A stretch of DNA of 60,503 nt, counting the filler, from Squatina squatina (Eukaryota): the NCBI GenBank assembly GCA_031763465.1. It is 3 parts of 2 records of this genome, joined end to end, with 100 filler letters (N's around TTAATTAATTAA, not from the genome) between each part and the next. Parts side by side here need not be neighbours in the genome. Positions count along the whole stretch, not along the records: positions 1 to 23,100 come from JARFOE010000192.1; positions 23,201 to 43,327 come from JARFOE010000007.1; 1 more part is not named here. One strand, given 5' to 3'. Below, piece by piece: positions 11,976 through 25,587 of the stretch. The notes beneath the pieces are model-generated. The model made no database searches. It was not told the DNA's origin and saw only the letters and a list, made by a program, of their open reading frames with translations. Both the position numbers and the translations under genes were made by a program. Every line of letters begins with the position of its first letter. The first letter of the stretch is position 1.

Positions 11976-14900
11976 CTAAGAACAAAGTGACACAACTTAA
12001 TGAATGAAAGAAATGGACAGACAGGCAAATGAACCTCATAAAGTGCCACCAATCATTCAATTTTATAGATTGAAATAAAGCATGCATCAAAAAATTTAAA
12101 ATGTTCTGATTATTGCCCACATTAGTTATAGGAAATATGAATTTAACAGTTTAAAAAGTAATGTAGACTGTAAACCAAAAGAAATATAGTTTTAAATATC
12201 TCACACACACAGGTTACATTCTGTCATATACAAACAGGGCCATTCATTGAAAATAACTGAGACTTGCATGGCCCAAATTCTCTACGTATCTTTAAGTGGC
12301 CCTGTCCTGTTACTTGCAGTGTGTGTGTGTTTGGGACATGGCAGTACATAGGGCGCCAAAGCCACAAACCTTTCCATTCCCTCGATTCCGCGGGNNNNNN
12401 NNNNNNNNNNNNNNNNNNNNNNNNNNNNNNNNNNNNNNNNNNNNNNNNNNNNNNNNNNNNNNNNNNNNNNNNNNNNNNNNNNNNNNNNNNNNNNGACGTT
12501 GCTCATGAAAAAGTTGACATTCATTGGAAAATAGTTTTTGTAGCAGCAATGGATTTCACATGTGTTTGTTTCGGATAGCTCTCTGTAACCTTGCCAATGT
12601 AATCAGGTTGCCATTATGCACTGCTCTATTAGCCAATCCAAGGATACATTAAATTACATGTTATTCCAGCAATTACATGCTGTTCTCGTATAGCATTTAA
12701 AAACTTACGAACGGGTGACTGTTTTGTCCCATATGATGGGGCTTTCCACAGGGTACCAACAGCAGCAAAGAGTCTTAAATCACACTGGTATTATAAAGAC
12801 TACTTTCTCTTGTACAAGGGACATGTTGACAGAATGCTGTCACTAGCATTGTTGGGCTTGACTTTGTTAACAACTGTTTTGCTGCGAATTACAAAATAGA
12901 CTACATTTCAGAGGCAGGGGCACTAGGACTTGGTGACTATGAGGAGGAGTCAATTTTTAGAACTTTGAGATGTTCATCCTATATTAAATCGGTGCACTGA
13001 GTTGGTATTTACTGGGCATGTATAAGGAGGTCAAAATCTGTTTCTTTGTAATGTACATCATGTCACGCATTCTTGTTGCTTCTGTTTGAATATCTTGGAC
13101 AATATATTGTTTTCCATATGAAGATTAATCAATACACCTGCAGGAACTGCTGTTAAACAAGATATCAAAATGCCACTTTATACTCTGTCTTAGCACGTGA
13201 TGGATAAGCCACATTGTAAAAATATTATTCATTCTATGTTCAGGATTTATTCAAAGGATAACTTCACCATTTATTTCTGAAAAACCACAGTAGTAAACTA
13301 TGGGCACCATAAAAACGGAAGAGAGGAGGAGGGAAAATTAGGGAGACAAATCAAGAAACAGTGGTTATGTGATGCCAGCTTGACCCTGAAAAGCCTGTAG
13401 ATTTTAAGCAACTCAAATTGCATTAGTTTCACCTGATGCATTGAGAACGAGGGATGTATTGTGCCAGATGATTTATTGTCATTCAGATCCACTACTGCTT
13501 GGACTTTTTATGCAAAATGCAGAACTTGAGCAGCAAATCGTGTTACGTGAGGTAAATGTAGAATTTGTGGAGCATCGCACTGCAGCAAATCACTTGGTCT
13601 AGCTATCATTTCACCCAAGTCCTTCCTGCATAAAAAGGTTACTTTATATTTCTCTTTTGCCTAGATCATACATCAAAAGAAAACTAGCTTTGTGTGTGTT
13701 CAGGGCTATGCAAGACAGCCTATTTCTCTATTTCAGTCTCCAAACATGTGGCTCCAAAAAATGACATGAATAGAGATGAATAGAATAATGTTTCCTCCTC
13801 CTCCACCCCCCACCCCCTAGCCCTGGATCAGTGGTTTCCTTTCTCATTACATCTGTCAGCAGTCACAATTCATTCACAAATTCAGCACAGAAGAAAAGGT
13901 AATTCTGTATGTGAGAAGCAAAACTATTGCAAAATTCCTAATAATAACCCATTGAGGTGAACACCATAGATTGTACAAGCTTGCCAGCCCAACCCAAACT
14001 AATGAGGGATTTCTAAAGGATGTATTATAGTACAAGCTCCGTTGATAATTAAACTAAGTCTGAAAACTACCACACGGAAAATGTAATCCCTATCTTCCTA
14101 TGGTTGTACAGCAAAAAAAAAAATCAAACATAGATCATAAACAAAAGTTAATACAAGGAACATTTAACAGTTAGCAAAATCGTAAAATAAAACATGCAAG
14201 TTTATAAATTGGGACATAATCAGAAATGCTGGAGAAGCCCCAAGGGTTTTTAAAACTAAAATCTTTTACACACTGGGGTCAAGTTTCCACTGGTAATGTC
14301 AATGCAATCAGGAGGAATCGGCACAAATTAAATCACGGAATTTTAAACATGAGCTATGCCCCAAACCACTTACATCCATGATCTTTTGCAGTTGTTCAAG
14401 ATTCAAATTGCCCAAATCAGGCCCTGCCCACAAAACTGGCAACGCCCCCAGGTCAAAATTGCACGATTCCACCAATTGTGCTGATGCGGGAAGGCTCTTC
14501 AAATTGCAGTAATTTGCTTAAGCACACAAGCACTAGTAGGCAGGTTTTAAAAGTTCTTACATATCAAAAAATATTTATTTTACTAAGGAACTGACTAGTG
14601 TACACCAGTGAAATTATTAAATGGTTCAGTAGTTTCTTTAGTCTTCTTCGGCGATTTTAAAATTAGACAAGACTGGACAGTCACCCTTAATAAAAATAAT
14701 TATTTTGCTGATAAACCCATTTTCAGCTGTATGAACCATTCAAATACATTAGGGAATACTTTTTAAATGGATAAAAAGAAATGATCCAGTTCGAATACGC
14801 TGGACGATTGTGAGTATGCAGATGAATTTTTGTGGAAACTTGGAGTTCAACCATTGTAATTTCAAGCGCATTTTCTGCACAATTTCCTGACTGAGCCCAA

Positions 14901-16956
14901 AGCAGAAACTCTACCATGCTGATTTTAAGGGGGGGGGGGTGGTAAAGAAAGAGCACTTTTGATAATGCATTAGCAACCCTACACTGCCAATACAAGTATG
15001 GGTTCAAAGTTTTGCTTTTTAAAAAAAAAGCACTACTGCAGCACGATATCCGAATTTTCACATTTTTCCTCCACCCAAGGACCACAACTCGGTATCCAAG
15101 TTGTGTAGGGAGCCAGCGACATANNNNNNNNNNNNNNNNNNNNNNNNNNNNNNNNNNNNNNNNNNNNNNNNNNNNNNNNNNNNNNNNNNNNNNNNNNNNN
15201 NNNNNNNNNNNNNNNNNNNNNNNACCGAATTGATGTTACTTTTGGTACATATAATTGCAACAGCCGAGGGTACAGATAAAATGGACAGAGAAGCTGTGAC
15301 TTCATTGATTTTTTTTCTATAATTTTTTTCTTGTGAGAAAGCATATGACATCAGTGGAAGACATTAAAAGAGAAAAAAAAGATCTGTTTAAATCAGAATA
15401 ATGGATTTCTATAGAAGATAACAATCATTTGCATTTCATTTATTGATTAAGCAAAGCTAATTTTATAGCATTCCATACTCTTATAAACCCTGCAACAAAA
15501 AGCCTAAAATAAAATTGGAAAATTTGAATAGCAAAAATGCTATTACCTCTACAAAGTGTACACCACACTATCTGCATGGGCATTTATAATCCGATCTACG
15601 ACTGCAAAATTTGGAAATATTTAGATGCATGATAAAACCATAAGAAGTTATGCTGAATAATTCTCTGGTACCAAATGTAGCTGTTTATTAAATAATTACA
15701 TGGAAAAAATAAATAGATAACAAATGCTACAAAGGAGATAAACCAGAGGTGAGCGAGTGTCGCCTCTGAGATCGCACGCTTTTTCTTTTATCCTGGCCTG
15801 GAGTGAGAGTGAGAAGGGGGTCAGAAGAGTGTTTCCAAATTGAAGCACAATATTGACATTCAGTACAGACTTCGGCTTGACAGGGAGGTAATTGAGCGNN
15901 NNNNNNNNNNNNNNNNNNNNNNNNNNNNNNNNNNNNNNNNNNNNNNTGGCCAGATGTATTTACTTTGTACCCTTGTACTACCTCTTATTCTGCATTAAAG
16001 ACGAATGCACTAATGCACATTTATAAATGCACAAAAGATTTGAGAATAACATATTTAATATCATATGTGTGGCTCCAGGCAGATTAGAATTTCATACAAA
16101 AATATCTATCTACACAGAGTAAGCTGTTAGCAATTGATTTGATGAAAAATACTATCCATCAGAATAATTGGAACCAATATGATTCCTGGCTTGATTTATC
16201 CAACCAGTGAGAACTGTAATCTGAATTAGTTTCAATCATTGTTGAATAACTTATTTATTCCACATCCATTTATTATATTTTTATTTTATTAAGCACCCAA
16301 AGGTGGTGCCATTATCTTTTTGAAGCCATTTTTAAGTGAAAGGTGCACAATAAGGAATGCTATTGAAAATATTAATGTATCCAGGATCCTGAGGATACAT
16401 GTTTTAATTCAGGAGTCCTGATGGATAATGCTTATCTGCTGGACCATAACACTAATCCTTCTTTAATTAATCATACCGAACACATATGGAATAAGCTTGT
16501 TTAATAAATGCAGAACACCAACACAGGCAGTCCACTGTTGCACAGTACTGTTCATATGGTGACAAAAAAAAATCACTGCTTATCTTCCAATTCATGCCAA
16601 TTTGTTTTATGTTTGCTCTCCTTTTGGTGAATCCTACGGGATCTTTTTTTGCCTCTGGATCTTCTCTTGTTTGCTGGCAATGACTCCTCAAAGTTGGCAT
16701 TGCTCTTACTCACAAATATAAATTTTTAATACACAAACTACAGCATGACCATTAAACGATATTAATCTATCACATCTGTGGAATCAAATTACTGGAAATA
16801 TGGGGTATTTTATCTTTTTAATCAGACGTTTTATTCATATTGAAACAGACAGCTCTNNNNNNNNNNNNNNNNNNNNNNNNNNNNNNNNNNNNNNNNNNNN
16901 NNNNNNNNNNNNNNNNNNNNNNNNNNNNNNNNNNNNNNNNNNNNNNNNNNNNNNNN

Positions 16957-17212
16957 TAGGTTCGTGTCCCACCATTCTGGCACTGGAGCTGAATCCTCTC
17001 AGAACGAGTCCTGTCAGTCACACAGCGCCACTCCTGTGTGTTCCTCCTGCTCCAGTATTTCCTGCCATAACCTCCAATCCAGTTGGGAAGTACTGGCATA
17101 GGTAAGCACTCCCCAGCGCAGACTAACTCCTTCACTGGATTAATACTGGTACATAGGCCATCAGAAATATATTTGGTTGATCTCAGCTCACGACAACCAA
17201 CTTGAGATCGAT
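16957..17212 (-). CDS. SOSTDC1: Sclerostin domain-containing protein 1, exon 2 (cystine knot; 3' end lost in gap)
   Basis: gaaatgtag|(D)RSQVGCRELRSTKYISDGLCTSINPVKELVCAGECLPMPVLPNWIGGYGRKYWSRRNTQEWRCVTDRTRSERIQLQCQNGGTRT. The PNWIG loop and KYISDG favour SOSTDC1 over SOST; phase 1 matches exon 1. Confidence 0.96.
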
Positions 17213-19297
17213 CTACATTTCAAAGAGAACAAATTATGTTTTACATAGAACACATTTTCACTTTACAGCTCAAAACAAAACTCAATTGTAAAAGCCACTA
17301 TAAATCTTAACCATAAAATTCTAGGTTGTTTGAGAATTTTCATTGTGTTTCTTGAATTATAATTTCTTCAGGAACTGCATTATATTGTCTTAAAGCTCAA
17401 GACACCTTTTCTAATTATCAAATAAAGATTATGATAAACCAAATACTTAAAAATATCTGTTCCAATAAAAATGTGAGCCTTTTTAGAAGTACAAAGACAT
17501 ATTTTTCAGATATGCTTCCAGTACCTAAAACTGGCTTGTAACCAAATAGCCGTGAAATTTTTAACTGATTTTCAGAATATGGGATGAATGTCAAACATTG
17601 GTCAGACTTGCCACTTATTTTGTTTGTTTCCTGTGTCCACTCAGTTGTTTAGACTGCCATTTTTGCAATAAAAATGTTTCTGAGTGGGAATTCCTCCTCC
17701 GCTTATGCTTTTTGAAGGAAGAGGAGGATAAACAATAGGGGTTTGTCAAGCAGGTCAGGCTGCATCAGTGACAGACTGAATCACTTGTCAGTATCCTCCC
17801 AACCACAGTTACAGGGAGAGGCACATCTAATTAGCAATGATTATGTGGAACTGGATATACAATCTAAGGGTCAATTATATAGCTATACCATCTGTTGTAA
17901 GGACAGCAGCAGTTGGCACTACCAGTGACACAATAGTCAGCTTTATCCTGTAGTTGTCTTCTGCCATTCCAGGTGTGATTTAACTGTCCTGCAAAGGTGT
18001 GCTGGCATGGCAAGCAGGGCCCACACTCTTGTTATCAGCTCATTCTCCACCATCTCTACTTCATCAGCTATCAAGCAGGTTTGGTGTGATGCACCACTTT
18101 ATCATTTCGCTACAAACTGTATTTTGTACCCCCACATTCATTGTGACATCCATATGGTTTTGCCATGCAGTTTTATTGCACAAATAGCCTTTATAAAGGC
18201 TGAAATGTATCTTTCTCTAACATGTTAAAAATCCTGATCAGTGTGCACACCTATCCTTGTTGTAAACTTTATATCCACATTTATAATGGAAGCTGCTTAT
18301 GCAAATNNNNNNNNNNNNNNNNNNNNNNNNNNNNNNNNNNNNNNNNNNNNNNNNNNNNNNNNNNNNNNNNNNNNNNNNNNNNNNNNNNNNNNNNNNNNNN
18401 NNNNNNTAAATTAATTGTAGCCTACCTTAATATAAATACACATCATTGGAAAATTAATCAATTAAATTTAGAAAGCTATGCTGATAAATCACAGTAATTG
18501 CTTCTGTTGAGTTGGCTTGTACTGACACATTAATCTGATTTGAGCACCACTTACAATTTGGAATAAATTCACTGAAATTCTGCCGACATCAGTGGCAGAA
18601 GCAGTGCCATATATGTGCGAGCGGTTCCTTTGAAGGCAGGGCAAAGATAGGTTGATTTCAAGTTTAGCTGACATGATAGCGCATGTAATCCTAGCAACTG
18701 TAACTGAAAACGAGCTGAACATTCAAATGCTACTTGAAACCTTCATGCATTGAATGTATGTCTGCTTCTCACAAACCTGCCCAAAAGCTGGTCTATGTTT
18801 GAACAACCTCAAGGAAAATAACTCAGTTATATAACAATTATATATTTTAGGGTCATAGACAGTTTGATACTTTGGAAAGATTTGGAAAAAAATGATCATA
18901 GTGCAATTTCCAGGAAACTGTACATTGAGGAAGCTTTAATTACATTTTTATACACAGTGTTATTGCCTCTTAGCTCTCATTCAATCATTTCTTTCCCCAC
19001 TGAACCCTTCTTTTTGTATGCATAATTTAGTGCATCATAGACTTTCATTATATTAAATAAGATTCGATTTATGAAGATGCTTACTTATATTGTATGTTTA
19101 TAATCAATAAACTACATTATATAAGTGATGCAACTATGCATTTTTGTGCGTAAATCTAAACTTATGTTAATTTATGGGAAAATAAAATCCTATGGCATTA
19201 CGAATTTACCAATCTCATGCTATTGGTTAGACATGCCTATAAGAAAAAATAACTTTTGAAAGCAAAGAGAATATTCCTTAAAACATATAAAACATAC

Positions 19298-19517
19298 CAT
19301 TACGATCCAAATCTGAAGGGTTAGGTTGCCGTCCTCCATTCCTTGCCTGATTTAATGTTAAATTACTTGGATTTTCATGTTGTAGCACCTTGTGATTGAA
19401 GAATATTTCTGTAGCATCATTTTTAGTTTGTTCAGCACCCTTGTCAAAAGCAAAGCAGCATTTGAAAAAGATGCATGCTATCACAAAGAAAGTGCAATCA
19501 AACGGCTGTGAGATCAT
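19298..19517 (-). CDS. SOSTDC1: SOSTDC1 exon 1 (signal peptide and N-terminus), 220 nt coding
   Basis: MISQPFDCTFFVIACIFFKCCFAFDKGAEQTKNDATEIFF...NLTLNQARNGGR...LDRN, then G|gtatgt donor; KNDATEI and TLNQARNGGR motifs; G+AT gives an Asp codon across the intron. Confidence 0.96.
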
Positions 19518-19589
19518 GGCTCCAGAACTCTCAGGGTGAAGACCTGGTTGTAACGCTGCAGATTTTACCGAGGAGTTTCTGTGCCTCCC

Positions 19590-19597
19590 TTTTTATA
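19590..19597 (-). promoter_or_regulatory. TATA box of SOSTDC1
   Basis: TATAAAAA on the minus strand about 75 nt upstream of the ATG at 19517. Confidence 0.65.
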
Positions 19598-20132
19598 AAG
19601 CTCCTTGGCATTCATTCAAGTGGAAACAGTGAAGCTTGAGAAAGGAAACATACACACATATCCTGGTAACCAATAGCAGGCCAGATCACACACGTAGAAG
19701 TGTGGTACATGCAAATTATGTCAGTTTCAAATTTCACACTTCTCCTCTTTCACATTGTGAAATATTTCCTTTGTAACGCCCCTTAAAGTGACAGAACCCT
19801 TGTGGCATATGACATATGGTGAATTTCCAAAGTTATGCATTATATGCACATTACTTGTTTTACAAATCCTACCAGTGCATTAATATTCATTTTAATCAGG
19901 ACTCCTTCTTATAATTGTAACCCATTTTGCATTTAATTACATGTGTGATAATGGCTGTACTATCAATCCAAAATACTTTACAAATTACACCAAACTGGTC
20001 ATTATAATTATTTTCACATGATACTATCTATGNNNNNNNNNNNNNNNNNNNNNNNNNNNNNNNNNNNNNNNNNNNNNNNNNNNNNNNNNNNNNNNNNNNN
20101 NNNNNNNNNNNNNNNNNNNNNNNNNNNNNNNN

Positions 20133-20686
20133 GAGAGGGCATGAAAAAATATTGGCAAGTTAAATTACAGAAAACCCAAAGATGTTTTATCAATATGTTA
20201 AGAGCAAGAGGATAACTAAAGAAAGAGTGGGGCCTATTGGAGACCATAGAGGTAACGTGTGTGTGGAGATGGAAGACGTGGGTATGGTTCTTAAAGAATA
20301 CTTTGCATCTGTTTTTACAAAAGACTGGATGTTGCAGACATTGCAGTCAGGGAGCAGTGTGAAATATTAGAAGAAATGAACATCGTAGTATAACAATTTG
20401 GGAGAATGCAGTTTTCTGCATTCTGCCACAGGATGAAGCAATTCTTTGAAAGTGGATAAATCCCCAGGCCCAGATGAAATGTATCCCAGGCTGTTAAGAG
20501 AAGCAATAGAGGAGATCGCAGAGGCTCTGACCATCATTTTCCAATCCTCTCTGGCTACTGGTGTGGTGCCGGAAGGCTGGAGGATTGCAAATGTTGTACC
20601 GTTGTTTAAAAAGGGAAAGAGGGATAGACCGAGTAATTACAGCCAGTCAGCCTAAACTTGGTGCTGGGAAAATTATTGGAAAAATT
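20133..20686 (+). mobile_element. CR1-clade LINE ORF2 fragment
   Basis: KEYFASVFTK and KVDKSPGPDEMYPRLLREA...IIFQSSLATGVVPEGWRIANVVPLFKKGKR; frameshifted. Confidence 0.93.
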
Positions 20687-21702
20687 NNNNNNNNNNNNNN
20701 NNNNNNNNNNNNNNNNNNNNNNNNNNNNNNNNNNNNNNNNNNNNNNNNNNNNNNNNNNNNNNNNNNNNNNNNNNNNNNNNNNNNNNCTTGTAGTAAATTA
20801 ACCAGGGAGAGAAAACGAGAAAGAAAACACTGACTTGCTGGTTCTGTGTCCACTCACTTCCTACACTAGAATCTTTGCTTTATGGGTTTTTTTTGGAGGG
20901 GAGGAGAATACAACATCTGTTTTCCCCATACATCATTTTAGTTTGCGTCTTCCTTCAATGCTCTTTTAATCTTATCTCACTGTACCCAGCATCTCTGAAA
21001 CCTCAGGCAAAACATAAAAGTAGAGAAAAAAAGAGTGGCGACTGCTGCTGGGTAATAACATTACATGCCAACGTCAGCGAAAGGCTAATGCTGGCCAATT
21101 GTGACAGCTCTGCCCACTAGGCTTTTGTGCATGGTCCCCAGACAGCCTACAAACCAAGGAAAATACAATTAATCAAATTATTATTATGAATGCACTATTA
21201 TGAAACAATTTTAAGATGACTGAAATAAAAAGTCCATGGAATTTGATGCCATTTATATATACAGTAGTTACTGAGTGACCATTTTTAACCTTAGCAAAAT
21301 AATATAATAATAGAGGTAATCAGCAATAATTCAAAAATGATGTAAAGTGCTTTGAGATGTTTCAATTTGATACAATATTACTGCAAGTATTACAATGACC
21401 TGGCTGAAACTTCAAGTTAAACAAGGGAAAGGTAAGGACACAGATGATCAAATACCAATGGAACAGTAATTCCAATCTTGCTGGGATAATGGGACTATCA
21501 TCTGTGAAATGTCGATTTATATCCTGGAGTGTTTGATCAATTACCTTCAGAAAGAAGCACAATGTTTCACAGGATTTCATGTTCATATAAGTTTTACCTG
21601 TTGTTATAAAGTCCTTTTATGAGATTAAATAAATTGGGGAGGTCTCAACACTGCAAAATGTACTTTGCTTGTTGCAGGGAGTAGACTTGATTAAATAACA
21701 GT

Positions 21703-22482
21703 CGTTGTTTAAAAAGGGAGAAGTGGATAAACCGGTGGTGGGCAAATTATTGGAAAAAATTCTGAGGGGCAGTATTAGTCGTCATTTAGAGAGGCACAGA
21801 TTAATCAAAGACAGTCAGCAAGGATTTGTTAAGGGAAGGTCATGTCTGACGAACTTGATTGAATGTTTTGAGGAGGTAGTGAGGAGGAGGGTCGATGAGG
21901 GTAGCGTGTTTGATGTAGTCTACATGGATTTTAGCAAGTCTTCTGACAAGGTCCCACATGGCAGGCTGGTCAGAAAAGTAAAAGTCCATAAGATCCAAGG
22001 GAAAGTGGCAAGTTGGATCTAAAATTGGCTCAGAGACGGGTAGCAAGTGGTAATGTCGATGGGTGTTTTTGTGACTGGAGGCTGTTTCCAGTGGGGTTCC
22101 ACAGAGCTCAGTACTTAATTACGGTTATGAGGGACCTAGATAAAGTTGATAGGAAGGATCTATTTCTCTTAGCAGAGAGGTCAATAACCAGAGGGCATAG
22201 ATTTAAAGTAATTGGTAGAAGGATTTGAGGGGATTTGAAGAGAACTTCTTTCACCCAGAGGGTGATGGCGGTTTGGAACTCAGTGCTTGAAATTGTGGAA
22301 GAGGCAGAAACCCTCACCACATTTGAAAAGTACTTAGATATGCACTTGAAGTGCCGTAACCTACAGAACTACGGACCAAGAGCTGGAAAGTGGGAGTAGG
22401 CTGGATAGCTCTTTGTCACTCAGCATGGACACGATGGGCTGAATGGCCTTCCTCTGTGCTGTAAATTTCTATAATTCTATGA
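21703..22482 (+). mobile_element. CR1 LINE: RT fragment, internal deletion and intact 3' tail
   Basis: SQQGFVKGRSCLTNL...DVVYMDFSK..DKVPHGRL, then TRGHRFKV, ending in the ttctataattctatga CR1-type tail. Confidence 0.93.
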
Positions 22483-23100
22483 AAATGGTAAGCTCAGCTC
22501 AAAATTCTTTTCAATAGGCTCTTAACAAGGTCTTAATGACCTAAGTTGCCTCCCCTGCCACTGCGTGTCGGGCCTGTTTAGCACTGACAGACCCGGCACC
22601 TAGTAAAGTAGCATGGAGGTGGGTTGACAACAGGGTCCCGACCTGCTGTCAATCATTTCAAATTGCACAGCTGACCCACCTCCGATCCTGTCCTCTGAGT
22701 GCCGGCAACATTCCGGCCAGAGTTACTACTTCTGTTTTGTGAAAGTGCACGTCTAACGTGGTTTTTCTTCTAAGTGTCACCGCAGTGGGATGAGGAAGTA
22801 TAGTAGCTGGCTGCTAGGTGTCAGTGCATGGCTTTCAGATTGTAGGTCATCCAGTGCCTCCTTTTGCTTGGTCATGAGAGGACCCTGTAAGTGCTATGGC
22901 CACATCTAATGTTGCAGGTTGTGCATGCATGAGTCATTTGAATGAGGCAGCTGGGTGGAACTATGTCATCATTCTGAGAGACAGGATTCATCATCTGTGT
23001 CAACTCCTTCCATTCTCCTGCTGCTGGGCGCAGCATCAACATTTCTAGTGATAAATTCACAGAAGCAACTAGTGGTTCATTCTCAAATATGAAACTTTGT

Positions 23101-23200
23101 NNNNNNNNNNNNNNNNNNNNNNNNNNNNNNNNNNNNNNNNNNNNTTAATTAATTAANNNNNNNNNNNNNNNNNNNNNNNNNNNNNNNNNNNNNNNNNNNN
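23101..23200. other. Artificial scaffold linker N44-TTAATTAATTAA-N44
   Basis: Exactly 100 nt; palindromic 12-mer with stops in all six frames; identical to 43328-43427. Confidence 0.97.
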
Positions 23201-23352
23201 CTGTAACCCCATCCAGTTAGGGCCAAAATCTGCTGGAAAAATACGTCTGCAGTTCCACTGACAGGAGGGAGAAATATAACCGGGCACCTTATGTTTCTGG
23301 GCCCTGCATCATAAAGGGACCAGACTTTACTGTCATCATCGTCCACTATTAT
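23201..23352 (-). CDS. SPG21: Maspardin (alpha/beta hydrolase fold), internal exon truncated by linker
   Basis: ctgtgttacag|[50 protein letters not shown]; near-identical to the recalled human maspardin N-terminus. Confidence 0.97.
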
Positions 23353-23539
23353 CTGTAACACAGAATACAATTAAAGGCAAGTTATTCAAAACCTGAACTA
23401 AATGCAAACTCAAAACAGTGCTTAGTTCTGGGCGAAGGCATTGGGGGAGCTCCTCGAAATGACAGATGACACAAAAGATTTCTGCTGCTGATAGAATCGA
23501 GGATGAGAAAAAAAACAGATGTAGCTGCAATGGACCCAT

Positions 23540-24280
23540 GTCTGGTAAATGAGATTTAATGTAAATAATGTAGTGCTCAGCATGCAGGTGGAGCTAAAGC
23601 CAAGCTTGCATCAAAGCTGAAGTCTGTTAAGTGGGAAAGGTGTTAATGCACAGGTCTCTAAAGGTTGATGATCACTGCCAGGAGGCTATAGTAAGGCTAA
23701 CAAAGTATTGGGATAGATTGTGGGGACAAGTCAATATAAAAAACAAACAATATTAGTGTCTTTGGTTAGGTCTCATCCAGAATATGGCGTCCAGTTTTGG
23801 TCTCTTCACAAGGTAGATGATATCATGGTCCCAGCAAACGTCCAGAGGAAGGCCACTAGATTAATACCAAGTTTAAAAGTTCCAATAGCCCTATGGGAGT
23901 ACATCAGGAGGATTTTCTTGCACAAAGTTCACTAACTTCTGGAACAAGTCGCCAGCTCCTGGAGTAATGCAAATTCACTGCAAACGTTCAAAAGGGAGCT
24001 GGGTGAGGCGGATATCTGTGTGTACAAAGGGAGGCAGGATTTTGGGTGATGTGCCTCAGTCACTGTGCTTTCCTGCAACTCGTTTGGATTGCCTTTGGTG
24101 GATGGAGAGAGGGTTACCCAGGATCCTTCTATCCTGAATTGGTTGAGAGATTTTTTTTTGCCTGGTTTGTGCCTCTTGGGAGAATACGCGGCTGCTGGGA
24201 GGTGGGAGCACCAGGTCATGAAGCTTAATCTCAATGGAGCGGCATGGGACAAGCCGAATGGACCAGCTGCTCTTTCTTGG
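23540..24280 (+). mobile_element. Old degenerate CR1 LINE 3' portion
   Basis: SLVRSHPEYGVQFWS...VQRKATRLIPSLK resembles the CR1 ORF2 C-terminal LVRPHLEYCVQFWSP motif. Confidence 0.75.
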
Positions 24281-25021
24281 CAATCATTTTTGTACGTTTG
24301 CTTTGAACCTTTTTGTGCCAAGTATGTGTTCTCAGAACTATTGGTAAAGTGTGCGTCACTATGGATCAAATACACAATGTCATTGGCTTCACTTTATAAA
24401 AGAATCTTGACAAACCTTTGAATATAGTGCAGCACAAACACTTAAAGTCACATTCCTCCCAGCTCCTTTAAGTAGCTGTGAGCCTTGAGCTGTAACTAGT
24501 ACTTGAACAGAATGCTACTTATGATATTTACACAATGATATCTTTGAACTCCAGTAAAAGAAGTCCTGTTTACAAAAATGCTTGAGCTAAAAAATATATT
24601 GCAACCCAATGTACCTCATCTCTGGTTTGATGATCGAGAGAGCTTCCTCCCACTCATTCAGCAATTTGGAGATTAAAAAACTGCAAATGTTGGAAGTCTG
24701 AGATAAAAAATGCTCGCTTATGTAGAGATCACTTGGTGTTTCAAAGAAGACAAGTTAATCCATGTTTCTCTATCAGTCGCTGACTGAGCTGCTGTGCATT
24801 TCCACAATGTTCTATTTTACTCAGCATCTCCCATTGCCAGCGTTCATTAAGCCCAGTGAGATTAATGAAACAAAGACGTCAGCTGCAGATATTCGCTGTC
24901 AATACTTGGTAAGTTATTACAATTCCAGCAAACTATTAGTGCTAAGAGTGAGCATAAAAGTATAGGAGGACCAGGTAGGATAGACAGAGTAAGCTTTACT
25001 TTAAAAATACATTGTTTTTTT

Positions 25022-25046
25022 TATATATATATATATATATATATAT
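25022..25046. repeat. (TA)n microsatellite
   Basis: Visible tatatata run. Confidence 0.9.
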
Positions 25047-25587
25047 TACATACACGTGTGTGTATGAATTGTTTTGCAGTATTTAGTTGTGGGAGCTCGC
25101 ACTGCTTCAGATTAAACTAATTGTATCCTGTATACTTTAGCCTTTGCATTTTTGTGTGGTTGAGCTACTTGTTTGTGAGCAATTGTAGAATTGGGCTAAT
25201 GCTGTTCAAAAAGGATTTACAGAAATGGTTTGCTCAAGAATGTTGCATAATTAGCTCATTAAATAACAATGCTGCCGCTAGCTCTTCAAGGTAGATTCAA
25301 AGCTTTTCTTCAGAAACAGGCATATCAGTTCGGAAAGTTACTATGATGAAAGGGGCGGGATATTGGTGCTGTTGAGTCTGGGTTCCCAGGCAGTGATTTA
25401 GATAGTCATGGAAGTTTATAAGGAAAAAGAAAGTATGAAAGACTTGCATTTATATAACACTTTTCATGACTTTATGATGTTCCAAAGNNNNNNNNNNNNN
25501 NNNNNNNNNNNNNNNNNNNNNNNNNNNNNNNNNNNNNNNNNNNNNNNNNNNNNNNNNNNNNNNNNNNNNNNNNNNNNNNNNNNNNNN

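Noticed and set aside
16960-17107. Plus-strand exon ending in AG|GTAAGC
   Set aside because: It is the antisense of SOSTDC1 exon 2 (codons TGC TTA CCT).
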